DNA from: Candidatus Latescibacterota bacterium | Lineage (GTDB): Bacteria; Latescibacterota; CBDEFO01 | NCBI GenBank assembly: GCA_965248755.1 | Contig: OZ252149.1 | Span: forward strand, 416,001 to 480,000 | DNA: 64,000 nucleotides | Reading direction: 5' to 3' | Shown: in pieces, positions 19,773-29,659 of the stretch | Layout: each line of letters starts with the position of its first letter | Position numbering within the stretch: the first letter of the stretch is position 1 | Notes under the pieces: generated by a model | Databases searched by the model: none | What the model saw: only the letters and a program-made list of their open reading frames with translations | Told to the model about the DNA's origin: nothing | Translations under genes and position numbers: made by a program

Positions 19773-21017
19773 TTAATATTCGTGCCTTCGCACGCTTACG
19801 TTAAGCAATAATCCCACTAAAATCATGTTTGTTAAGAGCGAAGATCCCCCATAACTCAAAAAGGGCAATGGAAGACCCGTCACAGGCATTAAATCCAAAG
19901 TCATCCCCACGTTCACAAACACGTGAAAGACCAATATCGAGGCCAGCCCTATTGCCAGAAGACCGGAGAACTTGTTCTTGACAGAAGAAGCGATCTTTAT
20001 CGCCCGCCATGCAATAAGATAGAGCAGAGTAAGCAGGACAATAGAGCCTAAGAATCCGTGCTCTTCCCCTATGACAGAGAAGATAGAGTCCGTGTGACCG
20101 AGCGGTAAAAAGCCAAAGTTTGTCTGAGTCCCATTCAAAAAGCCTTTCCCCCACATTCCTCCAGAACCTATCGCCACTTTTGACTGAGACACCTGATAGC
20201 GCGCGCCCAGAGGATCCATCGCAGGGTTTATAAACGCCAGTATCCTTTGACGCTGATAATCGTGCAGGCGCTCCCATATATAAGGAGTCGCTGCCCCTAC
20301 ACCCACATTCAGCATAAGCAGTAACGCTGTGATCCACGGTCGCGGCCTCCAAAACCATATAGCCCCTATCAAGACAACGAAGAAAAGCCCCCACCACAGC
20401 GCCGATCCGATCTCTTCACCGTATAGTGCAAACGTACAGCTCAAAAGAGGAGAAAGTATCGCAAAGAGATAGATGAACCTTGCACCCGCCCAGTAGAGCA
20501 TAGAAAAGAAAATCGCGCCAAAGACCAAAGCCGTTCCTAAATCAGGCTGCTTAGCTATCAAGGCCATGGGAATCAAAGTCATAACGAGCGGAACTATAAG
20601 ACGACTCGGTTTTTCCAGACTCCAATCCTTCAAAGACAAATATCTGGCCAGCGCTATAACCAAGCCTATCTTGGCAAGCTCCGAAGGCTGGAACTTCAGA
20701 GGTCCAAGGCTGAACCATCTGGTGGCATTTGCCACACTTGCCCCCCAAAGAAATAAAAGGATGAGCAAGATCACCGATATTCCGAATATCACATAGGCAA
20801 AAGCGTAGAAAAATTTGTTCGGAATGGCTACAGAGAAAGCCATCGCTCCCAATCCCAGAACCGCCCATAGAATCTGCTTTTTATATATGCCCTTAAGATC
20901 ATTATCTTCATTATGCGTGGCGCTGTAGATAGCCACTATCCCTACTACAACTATAAGCAGAGCTGCTCCCAAAAGGACAAAATCAATATTCTTTTTGAAG
21001 ACTTCACCATTTAACAT
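19773..21017 (-). CDS. rodA: Rod shape-determining protein RodA
   Basis: FQPSELAK, KQPDLGT, AIGSGG..GKG, HTD.IFS..GEE, TGLPLPFLSYGGSS; downstream of mrdA. Confidence 0.95.
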   Translation of the reverse strand: MLNGEVFKKNIDFVLLGAALLIVVVGIVAIYSATHNEDNDLKGIYKKQILWAVLGLGAMAFSVAIPNKFFYAFAYVIFGISVILLILLFLWGASVANATRWFSLGPLKFQPSELAKIGLVIALARYLSLKDWSLEKPSRLIVPLVMTLIPMALIAKQPDLGTALVFGAIFFSMLYWAGARFIYLFAILSPLLSCTFALYGEEIGSALWWGLFFVVLIGAIWFWRPRPWITALLLMLNVGVGAATPYIWERLHDYQRQRILAFINPAMDPLGARYQVSQSKVAIGSGGMWGKGFLNGTQTNFGFLPLGHTDSIFSVIGEEHGFLGSIVLLTLLYLIAWRAIKIASSVKNKFSGLLAIGLASILVFHVFVNVGMTLDLMPVTGLPLPFLSYGGSSLLTNMILVGLLLNVSVRRHEY

Positions 21018-21047
21018 CTTAATCTCCACCAAACAAGTAGACATCAG

Positions 21048-22898
21048 TCAGTGGACAGTAGACAGCGCATGCTCTCCTCCTGCCTGCATGCTGTCTACTG
21101 TTTGCCGTCCACTTATTTGCTTCAGATAGGTCTCTATGATCTGGCCCACTAAAGGAGCCGCCACACTTCCCCCATGACCTGAATTTTCAACTATAGCGGC
21201 CACAGCGATGATCGGATCCTCAAACGGAGCGAACCCTATAAACCACGCGTGATCTTCTCCGTGAGGGTTTTGGGATGTCCCGGTCTTTCCCGCAACCTTG
21301 TATCCCTTCACCCTTGCGAGCCGACCCGTGCCTCTCTTTTCCTCAACAACTCCCAAAAGCGCCCTTCCCATTACTTCAAACGTCTCTTGCGAGACACCAC
21401 TGATCTTTCTAAATTCATTTTGCGGCTCCGGAGACCACGAACCGTCCGGCGCAGCAGATCCCTTATAAAGATGAGGACGTGCCACCTTCCCCTTGGTAGC
21501 TATACCTCCGATAAAACACGCCATCTGAATCGGACTTACCAGAGTCTCTCCCTGACCGATAGCTAGATTCAACAGAGCCCCACCAGACCATCCCCTCTTT
21601 CCATAAGCCGCGTCAAAATATTCCCTTGTGGGGATAAGCCCTTTCTCCTCTCCATCTAAGTCTATCCCGGTCTCCTTTTCGAATCCGAACTTCTTAGCAT
21701 AATTGACCCAGCTTTCCAGCCCTACCTGCACGCCCAATTGGTAAAAATAGACATCGCACGACTGCTTTATCGCCTCATGGAGGTCTAAACTTCCGTGTCC
21801 CTTCTGGCTCCAACACTTAAAGCCTCTATCTCCGAAAGTCATCACGCCCCTACACGGAATCGGCATCCTCTTTCCTTCATCTACGATCTCCATTTCGAGC
21901 GCGGCTGCTGCCATTATCAATTTGAACGTCGAACCTGGAGGATAGAGCCCTTGAATTGTCCTGTTTAAAAGAGGGCGACCAGGATCGTTTCGGAGAAGGT
22001 CCCACTCCTTCTTGCTCATCCCTGACGCAAACTCGTTCGGATCAAAGTTCGGCCTGCTGACCATCGCCAATACCTCCCCGGTGCGCGGGTCAATAGCTAC
22101 TAAACTCCCTTGTGCGCTGTCCGGAAACGCCCTTTCAGCCGCCTCCTGAAGGTTCTTATCTATGGTCATCCACACATCGTTCCCTGGCTTAGGCTCCTTC
22201 CCCCTGCCTGGAATCACCCTTATAACCCTCTCCACAGCGTTCACCTCTCTCCACTGGACGCCGTTTTGCCCCTTTAAGACATTCTCATAAACCAATTCAA
22301 CCCCCTTTTTGCCCAACCACTGATCCCTGAGATATCCCTCCGACTTGAGTTTCTCCAGTTCCCTCTGGCTTATTACCCCCACGTACCCCAACACGTGGGA
22401 CACAAACTTCTCCATCAGATATCTTCTTTTCGCATCCAACTGTATCTCTACACCCGGCAGATCATCCCTGTTTTCCTGTACAACAGAAGCCACCTCAAAT
22501 CCCACATCTCTCCTCAGCTTAACGGGTTGAAAGATCATAAGCGGCCCTATCTTCCTATCCTCTATAGCACCATCCAGACCTGTAAGGTTCCTTATGCTCT
22601 CTATGGCCCTCTGCATATTCCCCCCAACGTACGGCACATACGAGATAGTGTAAGAGGGTTGATTATCCACCAATATCTCTCCATTTCTGTCCTTGATCAG
22701 CCCTCGTGCCGCCTCTATCGGGACTGAACGTTCTATATTCCCCTGAGATGCATCTCCGTAGCGCTTTGAAGCCATCACCTGAAGATAAAAGAGCTTCCCC
22801 ACCAACAGAAGAAATAAAGACAGCATGAACCATATACTTAATTTTGCTCGCCTTTCTATAAACGAAGCGTCCCTAAATCTGTATCCAGGAACCGTCAT
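21048..22898 (-). CDS. mrdA: Penicillin-binding protein 2
   Basis: ARGLIKDRNG, YPPGSTFK (SxxK), SCDVYFY (SxD), AGKTGT; between mreD and rodA. Confidence 0.95.
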   Translation of the reverse strand: MTVPGYRFRDASFIERRAKLSIWFMLSLFLLLVGKLFYLQVMASKRYGDASQGNIERSVPIEAARGLIKDRNGEILVDNQPSYTISYVPYVGGNMQRAIESIRNLTGLDGAIEDRKIGPLMIFQPVKLRRDVGFEVASVVQENRDDLPGVEIQLDAKRRYLMEKFVSHVLGYVGVISQRELEKLKSEGYLRDQWLGKKGVELVYENVLKGQNGVQWREVNAVERVIRVIPGRGKEPKPGNDVWMTIDKNLQEAAERAFPDSAQGSLVAIDPRTGEVLAMVSRPNFDPNEFASGMSKKEWDLLRNDPGRPLLNRTIQGLYPPGSTFKLIMAAAALEMEIVDEGKRMPIPCRGVMTFGDRGFKCWSQKGHGSLDLHEAIKQSCDVYFYQLGVQVGLESWVNYAKKFGFEKETGIDLDGEEKGLIPTREYFDAAYGKRGWSGGALLNLAIGQGETLVSPIQMACFIGGIATKGKVARPHLYKGSAAPDGSWSPEPQNEFRKISGVSQETFEVMGRALLGVVEEKRGTGRLARVKGYKVAGKTGTSQNPHGEDHAWFIGFAPFEDPIIAVAAIVENSGHGGSVAAPLVGQIIETYLKQISGRQTVDSMQAGGEHALSTVH

Positions 22899-23389
22899 AA
22901 ATCATCCCGTTTCAATCCTAAAGCGGCGAAAGACCAGATCGCTATCCCCAAAACTGTGCTGTAAAGAGCAGTTCCCAAGCCCTGCTGAAAGAACGCAAAA
23001 AATGTCCTAACTACATCTCGGCTCAAACAACATACCGAGTAACATAGCAAATAGATAATATCGTGCAGGACAACCGTGCCAAATATTATAAAGGCCCGCA
23101 CCAGGGAACTTTCTATTACCACATTACCTCGCCCGTATCCCACGGCAAATCCCACAAGAGATTTAGATAGAGCGTTAATCCCCAAAGGCTCAGCAGAGTA
23201 CACGTCCTGAATAAACCCAGCAAAAAACCCAAAGAGCACCGCCTCCATCTGCCCTCTCGATAGCCCTATATAGACCAAAACAAGGAGTATAAGATCAGGA
23301 CTGAAGCCAAACACTGAGACATTTGAAGCGTACGACAGTTGAACTACTAAAACCAGCGTCATCAAAAGGATGTCTCTTATTGTCCTCAC
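22895..23389 (-). CDS. mreD: Rod shape-determining protein MreD
   Basis: PDLILL, GF..GFIQD, LGINAL; hydrophobic; overlaps the mrdA start. Confidence 0.88.
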   Translation of the reverse strand: MRTIRDILLMTLVLVVQLSYASNVSVFGFSPDLILLVLVYIGLSRGQMEAVLFGFFAGFIQDVYSAEPLGINALSKSLVGFAVGYGRGNVVIESSLVRAFIIFGTVVLHDIIYLLCYSVCCLSRDVVRTFFAFFQQGLGTALYSTVLGIAIWSFAALGLKRDDL

Positions 23390-23578
23390 TAAAGCGACCT
23401 TTTTCTAAGTAAACAGTAGAGGGCGTGCAGGAAGAGGGAACGATGCCCTGTCTACTGACTACGAGATCAGCCTGGCCCACTCCGTGGCTTGCTGCCACCC
23501 CAGCACAGCGGGCACGCCGCCTCGCAATGACAGTTGAGGGGAAAGGAGGCGTCCTGCCTACTTTCTACTGATTCAATT

Positions 23579-25606
23579 TTACCTCCATATCTTAAGCTTA
23601 TCGCCCGGATATATCCTTTCCAATTTGTGGATTCCATTCCACGTTGCAATATCCTTGACGCCTATGCCCAATCTCAAAGATATCTCCCCGAGCGTGTCCC
23701 CCTTTTCCACTGTATATATCACAAGCGTTTTAGACGCCTTTCCATCCTTGTCACCATCTGTTTGCTCGCGAAGGATAATCCTATCCCCAGGATGGATATA
23801 CTCTTTGGCCGATATACCGTTCAACTTCAAAAGCTTGTTCGTACTGGTGCCGTACATAAGGGCGATCTTATTCAGATTGTCCCCCTTTACCACCGTATAT
23901 ATCACAAGCGTTTTAGACGCCTTTCCATCCTTGTCATCATCTGTTTGCTCGCGAAGGATGATCCTATCCCCAGGATGGATATACTGTTTGGCCGACATAC
24001 CGTTCAACTTCAAAAGCTTGTTCGTACTGGTGCCGTACATAAGGGCGATCTTAGTCAGATTGTCCCCCTTTACTACCAAATGAACATCTTTATCATACCC
24101 ACCATACTGTGCAGGCTCTAAGTTCGAGAGCCTTGCTAAATCTATCTTACCGTCAGGCACAGGTATCATAAGATACTTTCCATGTCTGATCCTGTTCGGG
24201 TTTTTCAATGAATTAGCATAGACGATAGCCTTCTGGGATGTTTTGAACTTTCTTGCTATGCGCCAGATGCTGTCTCCCCTTTTGATCCTGTACCTTTGCC
24301 AGATGACCTTTTTGCTACTAGGGAGCTCATCATAATTGAGCACAAATTTTTCCATCGCACCCTTGGGTATCATAAGCCTGTAACTCTCTACGTTCATAGG
24401 CACATAATTACGCCTCAGCTCAGGATTTAATGACTTTATCTCCTGGTATGATGTCCCGGCACACTCGGCTGCAACTAAAAGACTCATCCCCCAGGGAACC
24501 TCTACTTCGTCGTACTCTATCGGAGGATCATATACTAAATCGTCGAATCCGAATGCTTCAGGATTTTTTGACATAACCACCGCGGCCATAAAAGCCGGTA
24601 CGAAGTTTTTTGTCTCCCTTGGGAGATCCAGATCCCAAAAGTTTCTGGATTTAGCCTTACTTACCGCTCTATTCAACCTCCCTCGGCCGCAGTTGTACGC
24701 AGCTAATGCCAGTCGCCAATCCTCCAGATGAGTGTAAAGATCCTTCAGATGCCTGGCAGCTGCTACTGTGGACTTTATAGGATCTCTCCTTTCATCTATT
24801 CCCCAGTCTCTCCTGAGCCCGTAGAGGAGCCCCGTAGAAGGTATAAACTGCCACAATCCCGCGGCTCCTGCTTTCGAGTAAGCCTGAGGCTTAAAACCGC
24901 TTTCAATCATAGAAAGATAGATCAGATCTAAGGGCAAACCCTCTTCTTCAAATATTCCCCGCATCATGCCCAAATATCTTCCAGATCGCCTCAGTCTCTG
25001 GCGGAAAATCTCTTTGGCCTTGGTCTGAAAATATTCGATAGTTCTTTTGACCTTCATATTATAATCTATCTGGATGTCGCACGCCTTGGCTATTTGGCTC
25101 ACCAAAATAAATTGATGTAAATCTCCGTCTCCCTTAACTTCCTCGTCCATCCCCTCCAAAAACACGGACAATGGACTCTCTGCAGACAGGGCTGACACGT
25201 CCGGAATCAGTCTCTTATACTCTTCCTCCAAAGATTTTATGGCTTCCACGAAACTCTTAAAAAGCTCAGGCTCTGATTCCATTCCGACTTCACAACCAGA
25301 AAGCAATAAAGAAGCTGCATCCAACTCGTTCTGCGCCCCATCTGCGTCTCCCGCCTTATGCACTTTTACCGCCCTTCCGATCATATCTTGCGCCATCCTA
25401 ATTCTCTCTTCATCTGAAATCTCAACCACAGGTGCATATACTGAGTCTGGCTCTGATATAACTAGTTCCTTTTCATCAACAGGTATCGAAGAACTTCTCG
25501 GGGCCTCCGATTGATTATTGCGTTGAATCCCAACTAACCCCGATAACCCACATCCTCCTGTTAGAACAACCAACAGTGATAACACCTGCAGTTTAGCTTT
25601 CAACAT
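23579..25606 (-). CDS. MltD-like lytic transglycosylase lipoprotein with 4 C-terminal LysM domains
   Basis: Lipobox LTGGC; IESGF, AGLWQF, DERRDP, LAAYN.G; LysM repeats. Confidence 0.9.
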   Translation of the reverse strand: MLKAKLQVLSLLVVLTGGCGLSGLVGIQRNNQSEAPRSSSIPVDEKELVISEPDSVYAPVVEISDEERIRMAQDMIGRAVKVHKAGDADGAQNELDAASLLLSGCEVGMESEPELFKSFVEAIKSLEEEYKRLIPDVSALSAESPLSVFLEGMDEEVKGDGDLHQFILVSQIAKACDIQIDYNMKVKRTIEYFQTKAKEIFRQRLRRSGRYLGMMRGIFEEEGLPLDLIYLSMIESGFKPQAYSKAGAAGLWQFIPSTGLLYGLRRDWGIDERRDPIKSTVAAARHLKDLYTHLEDWRLALAAYNCGRGRLNRAVSKAKSRNFWDLDLPRETKNFVPAFMAAVVMSKNPEAFGFDDLVYDPPIEYDEVEVPWGMSLLVAAECAGTSYQEIKSLNPELRRNYVPMNVESYRLMIPKGAMEKFVLNYDELPSSKKVIWQRYRIKRGDSIWRIARKFKTSQKAIVYANSLKNPNRIRHGKYLMIPVPDGKIDLARLSNLEPAQYGGYDKDVHLVVKGDNLTKIALMYGTSTNKLLKLNGMSAKQYIHPGDRIILREQTDDDKDGKASKTLVIYTVVKGDNLNKIALMYGTSTNKLLKLNGISAKEYIHPGDRIILREQTDGDKDGKASKTLVIYTVEKGDTLGEISLRLGIGVKDIATWNGIHKLERIYPGDKLKIWR
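23712..24077. repeat. 183-bp near-identical intragenic tandem duplication (LysM plus linker)
   Basis: GTATATATCACAAGCGTTTTAGACG begins at both 23712 and 23895; 61-aa protein repeat. Confidence 0.92.
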
Positions 25607-25701
25607 CGCCTCCCTTTGGCAGTTAAGAACTCAGAAAACGAGTAGACAGGGGAATGTCCTCTCATCTCTGTTTGCTGTCTACTCTTTTGGCATTTCCTTA
25701 T

Positions 25702-26496
25702 CTATTCCCCCTCCACTCTCCTTTCCACCCAGACCTTAGATGTAACAACAAAAGCATCTCTATATCCCTTTGACCTGACAATCTCCAGTGTTACCTCAGC
25801 CTGAAACCTGTCAGTGAAATCACCGATCCTGACCTTATAAAACGCAGGCTCAAAGTCCACGTAGACGCCTATATTGAACAGTTCTTCCGCCTCCTGCCTT
25901 ACCTTCTGCGCAGTATCTGCATTTTCAAGCATCATTATCTGGATCCGAAAGCCCTCTGCCTCCTCCTTAATTGTCTTCATCTCTTTCGTGACATTTATCT
26001 GTGTAGGAGCCCAGAAGGCGTCGCTGTAGCCCTTCAGCTTAGCCTCAGCTGTCAAGCTCTGCACCTCCTCCACTGTCCTGCAATCTCCTATTCTCACCCG
26101 GTAAAGGGGCGGATCATACTCAACATATATTCCTACGTTAAGTTTTTCCAACGCCTCCCCCTTTACCCTTTCTGCCATACCCCGATCGATGCCAGCAAAA
26201 ATCTGGACCCTGTAGCCGTCAACTATCTCATAGCTAAGCGTATCACCTGAAGGCACGGGCTCATACTGCAAGATCTCCTTCTCAACTCCAGGAGCAAAAG
26301 AGGCTGTATCCTCCGTGGTGTTCTCCTCAGGGCCCACATCAGGTCTTATCACTATATCGTTATCGTCTAAAGATCCCGGATCAAAATCCTCCCATGCAGG
26401 AGGCATCTTTACTACATCTTTCCTGGTACCCGAACAACCGACCGCAAGGATCAAAGACGCTATTACGATCCCCACAAATCTCAACCGAACAATCAC
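25702..26496 (-). CDS. Lipoprotein with two SPOR domains
   Basis: Lipobox AVGC; two copies of GYRVQI...YRVRIGD...GY.DAF. Confidence 0.85.
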   Translation of the reverse strand: MIVRLRFVGIVIASLILAVGCSGTRKDVVKMPPAWEDFDPGSLDDNDIVIRPDVGPEENTTEDTASFAPGVEKEILQYEPVPSGDTLSYEIVDGYRVQIFAGIDRGMAERVKGEALEKLNVGIYVEYDPPLYRVRIGDCRTVEEVQSLTAEAKLKGYSDAFWAPTQINVTKEMKTIKEEAEGFRIQIMMLENADTAQKVRQEAEELFNIGVYVDFEPAFYKVRIGDFTDRFQAEVTLEIVRSKGYRDAFVVTSKVWVERRVEGE

Positions 26497-27440
26497 CTTT
26501 GTTCCTCCTCCCAGAGGCACTTTACGGCCGCCGCCAAGAGCGGGATCATTATCTCGTGATGCCCTATGATAGAAAAACCCCTTGCCGTCGGCCTATCAAC
26601 CACATTTACCTTCGTACGATAGTGATCTATCATATCAAAATTGACAGTCATAAAGTCTTGCGCCTTATGACCCAAATTCCTTACCACACATAAAGCCTTC
26701 AGGAATACCTCAGGCATGATTACGGCCGAACCCACATTCAACACAGCTCCTCCCTCTATATTCTCAAGGGAAGCAGTAAATATCTTAAAATCCCTGTAGC
26801 TGGAGTCCCCGAACGCCGCGCCCTCAGCCGTAGGCTGCTGATGCACAATATCGGTTCCCAAAGCCACGTGAACTGTCACCGGAATTGACAGCCTATATCC
26901 TACGGCAAGAAGGCTTAGGTTCAGATTTTCCGCCTTAATTTGGTGAAGTTCCCTCCCAAGCGATTCGCCGTATCCCAATTTCTCGGCCATAGCCTTGGAT
27001 GCTGCTCCATTTACAAATCTGCCCGTATCTTCGGACATTCCGAACGACCCATTCTCCAGGTTCTCCAGCACGTCCTCAGACGTCTTTCCCCAGAGCGCAA
27101 CCTCGGAGTCGTGAATCGCCCCTGCCCCGTTCATCGCCAAGTGGCTTATGAAATCTCTTTCCATCAGGTCTATTAAAATAGGATTCAACCCGCACTTAAT
27201 AACGTGCGCCCCGATCATCCATATTACGGGCTTTTTTCCTCTCCTTGAGGAGACGATCTCCTCTACCACATCCCGCAGATCTTTCCCCTTCAAGATGTTC
27301 GGCAGAGAATCTATAAATTCTTTGAAACCTCCTCCCGCTGCAAAAACAGATGCAAAATCTTCTACCAAGACCTTGCTCTTCCTATTCTCGAACGGGTGCA
27401 TCCTCACTTTCCCAAGATCTGTCTGCCTGTATTTCGACAT
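26493..27440 (-). CDS. Conserved protein, deoxyhypusine-synthase-like (DHS-like) fold
   Basis: GAHVIKCGL, NGAGAIHD, PVTVHVA.GTDI.H, GSAVIMPEVFLKA, GHHEIMIP; fold recognised by eye. Confidence 0.6.
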   Translation of the reverse strand: MSKYRQTDLGKVRMHPFENRKSKVLVEDFASVFAAGGGFKEFIDSLPNILKGKDLRDVVEEIVSSRRGKKPVIWMIGAHVIKCGLNPILIDLMERDFISHLAMNGAGAIHDSEVALWGKTSEDVLENLENGSFGMSEDTGRFVNGAASKAMAEKLGYGESLGRELHQIKAENLNLSLLAVGYRLSIPVTVHVALGTDIVHQQPTAEGAAFGDSSYRDFKIFTASLENIEGGAVLNVGSAVIMPEVFLKALCVVRNLGHKAQDFMTVNFDMIDHYRTKVNVVDRPTARGFSIIGHHEIMIPLLAAAVKCLWEEEQR

Positions 27441-28311
27441 TCTCTCCGTTTTCCCCATTGATGCTATATTCCACAAGTCTAACGTCAATGTGTCCTATCA
27501 CTATCTTGCTCTTCATACGGACCGGAATCTTTCTGTCATCGTCCGTCAGCCACACAGTCAGTCTTCCCTGGTGCTTAAAGAGCGCCCCCGACTTTAGCAT
27601 AGGTTCTATCACCAGACAAGCCAACTTTCCTAACTTAGTCTTTATCACATCTCTCCTCAGCACCTTTACCTTTAGAGGATAGACCTTCGCATTATCATGA
27701 TTGTCCACCAACAGTGTCTGTCCTACTTCAAGCTCTTGGGTCCTTATATAATAGAACGCTGAAAGTCCGTCCTGAACGTACGGAGGCACCGGGATCGTAT
27801 CTCCATTTGTGATTGCCAGGTGATTTATCTGGTCGTAGATAACCGACCTGTCAGCCCTATATGTTCCCTCCCGCAAATGCTTCTCAAACTTCCAGGGATA
27901 TATCCCCTCCACGTCTATAAACGACTCAACCCTATCTCTGACTCTGTAGAACACAGAAAAAGCCTTGTTAGACTCTGTAGTAGAGACCGCACGATAACAC
28001 TTTCTCCCGTTCACCACTTCTAACCCTGTGATCTCCACCACCGATTTTCCGGCCTTAATAGGCCCGAACTGTATCGAATAGACCAGCTTCTCTCCCACTT
28101 CGAACGCGCCGTTTTTTATCCTTCTTGCTCCATCCCCGATAGGTTCAATCGGGGACGCGGCGGTCGTAAGACCTGTATCCATATCAGGGAGACTATCCGT
28201 CACCACACTGTCCTGACCGTACGCCGACCCTAAAGACAGCGCGAAAGAGGAGAGGATCCATAGCAAAATGCGAAATTTAGAATACGATCTCATAACCTGT
28301 ATAAAGCTCAT
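27382..28311 (-). CDS. DUF3108 domain-containing exported protein
   Basis: AFEVGEKL.Y, FYRVRD, D.LSAFYYIR, VWLTDDDRKIPV. Confidence 0.85.
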   Translation of the reverse strand: MSFIQVMRSYSKFRILLWILSSFALSLGSAYGQDSVVTDSLPDMDTGLTTAASPIEPIGDGARRIKNGAFEVGEKLVYSIQFGPIKAGKSVVEITGLEVVNGRKCYRAVSTTESNKAFSVFYRVRDRVESFIDVEGIYPWKFEKHLREGTYRADRSVIYDQINHLAITNGDTIPVPPYVQDGLSAFYYIRTQELEVGQTLLVDNHDNAKVYPLKVKVLRRDVIKTKLGKLACLVIEPMLKSGALFKHQGRLTVWLTDDDRKIPVRMKSKIVIGHIDVRLVEYSINGENGENVEIQADRSWESEDAPVRE

Positions 28312-28531
28312 GTGTACAATCGGGATAAAGAATCCCGATTGTAAAATTAAGAGGAAGTTACTTTACATTCTTACCAAGTTCACATTAATCCTTTCATTTT
28401 TATTTGCATGAGGTGTCTTCGCATCAAAAACACAAGGAGGTTACCTCCGTGTGGGGAGTCACCAGCATGGCCAAATGGACTATTGGAAAGCACGCGCGCA
28501 GAGCCGTCACAACTGGCGTCGAAGGAGAACA

Positions 28532-29641
28532 TCATACAGTGGGTGAGGCGCCCTGTCTACCACCGATTGAACTCCCAATTGAATCTATTGGGGGTCGAGG
28601 CCTACTGTCTTCTGTTTTTGCCCAGTTCCTTAACACCACATTGTAATTTCCCCTTGCGATTCCCTTCTCAGAGATGATAGCCGACACATAAGAATACGGA
28701 GTCACATCGAAAGCCGGGCTGTAGACCTTGACGTCAAAAGGAGCTGTCCTCTTTCCGAAGCCCTCCGTCACCTCCTGCGGATTTCTCTCTTCGATAGGGA
28801 TCTGATCCCCGCACTCTATATCCACGTCCAGCGTGGAAAGGGGGGCCGCCACGTAAAACGGTATGCCGTGTACTTTGGCCAGCACCGCCACAGAATAAGT
28901 ACCTATTTTGTTTGCCACGTCCCCGTTTGAGGCTATCCTATCTGCCCCCACGACCACACAGTCCACCATTTTGCTCTTCATCACAGATCCTACCATGCTG
29001 TCACATATGAGCGTCACGTCCACGCCACTTTCCATCAATTCCCACGCCGTCAGTCTTGCTCCCTGCAGGAGAGGTCTCGTCTCATCTGCAAAGACCCGGA
29101 TTGTCTTTCCCTGCTCTACGGCCGTGTATATCACAGAAAGAGCAGTCCCAGCACCTGCAGTAGCCAGAGATCCAGCGTTGCAGTGAGTCAAAACTGAATT
29201 ATTATCCTTTAAGAGTCTGGAGCCGTTTTCTCCGATCTTCCTGCAGGTTTCCCTATCCTCGATATAGATAGAATTGGCCTCATTCAGAAGAGCGTCTCTG
29301 ACTGTCCGCACGTCCTCCTGCTCGACCCTTTTCAACACATTTTTCATCCTCTCCAAGGCCCAGAAGAGATTCCGGGCCGTGGGCCTTGTCTTTTCCAGAC
29401 GCTCAATTGCCATCTTTATCCTCTCAACGCCGCCGCTCTCCCTCTGTGCTTCGATCGCCCCTATCACTGTGCCGTAGGCCGCAGCCACGCCTATTGCAGG
29501 CGCACCTCTTACAGAGAGGACCTCAATTGCCCTTGCCACTGTCTCCACATCCCTGCAATCTATATATACCACTTCGTTCGGGAGCCTGGTCTGATCTATC
29601 AGCCTCAAGGCATCGCCGATCCACTCTAAGGTCTTTACCAT
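28532..29641 (-). CDS. mtnA: S-methyl-5-thioribose-1-phosphate isomerase
   Basis: DQTRLP, VRGAPAIG, TRPTA.NL, LTHCNAGSLAT, DETRPLLQGARLT, GADRI..NGD.ANKIGTY, PAFDVTP. Confidence 0.95.
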   Translation of the reverse strand: MVKTLEWIGDALRLIDQTRLPNEVVYIDCRDVETVARAIEVLSVRGAPAIGVAAAYGTVIGAIEAQRESGGVERIKMAIERLEKTRPTARNLFWALERMKNVLKRVEQEDVRTVRDALLNEANSIYIEDRETCRKIGENGSRLLKDNNSVLTHCNAGSLATAGAGTALSVIYTAVEQGKTIRVFADETRPLLQGARLTAWELMESGVDVTLICDSMVGSVMKSKMVDCVVVGADRIASNGDVANKIGTYSVAVLAKVHGIPFYVAAPLSTLDVDIECGDQIPIEERNPQEVTEGFGKRTAPFDVKVYSPAFDVTPYSYVSAIISEKGIARGNYNVVLRNWAKTEDSRPRPPIDSIGSSIGGRQGASPTV

Positions 29642-29659
29642 AAACCCACGTCCGTGCCT

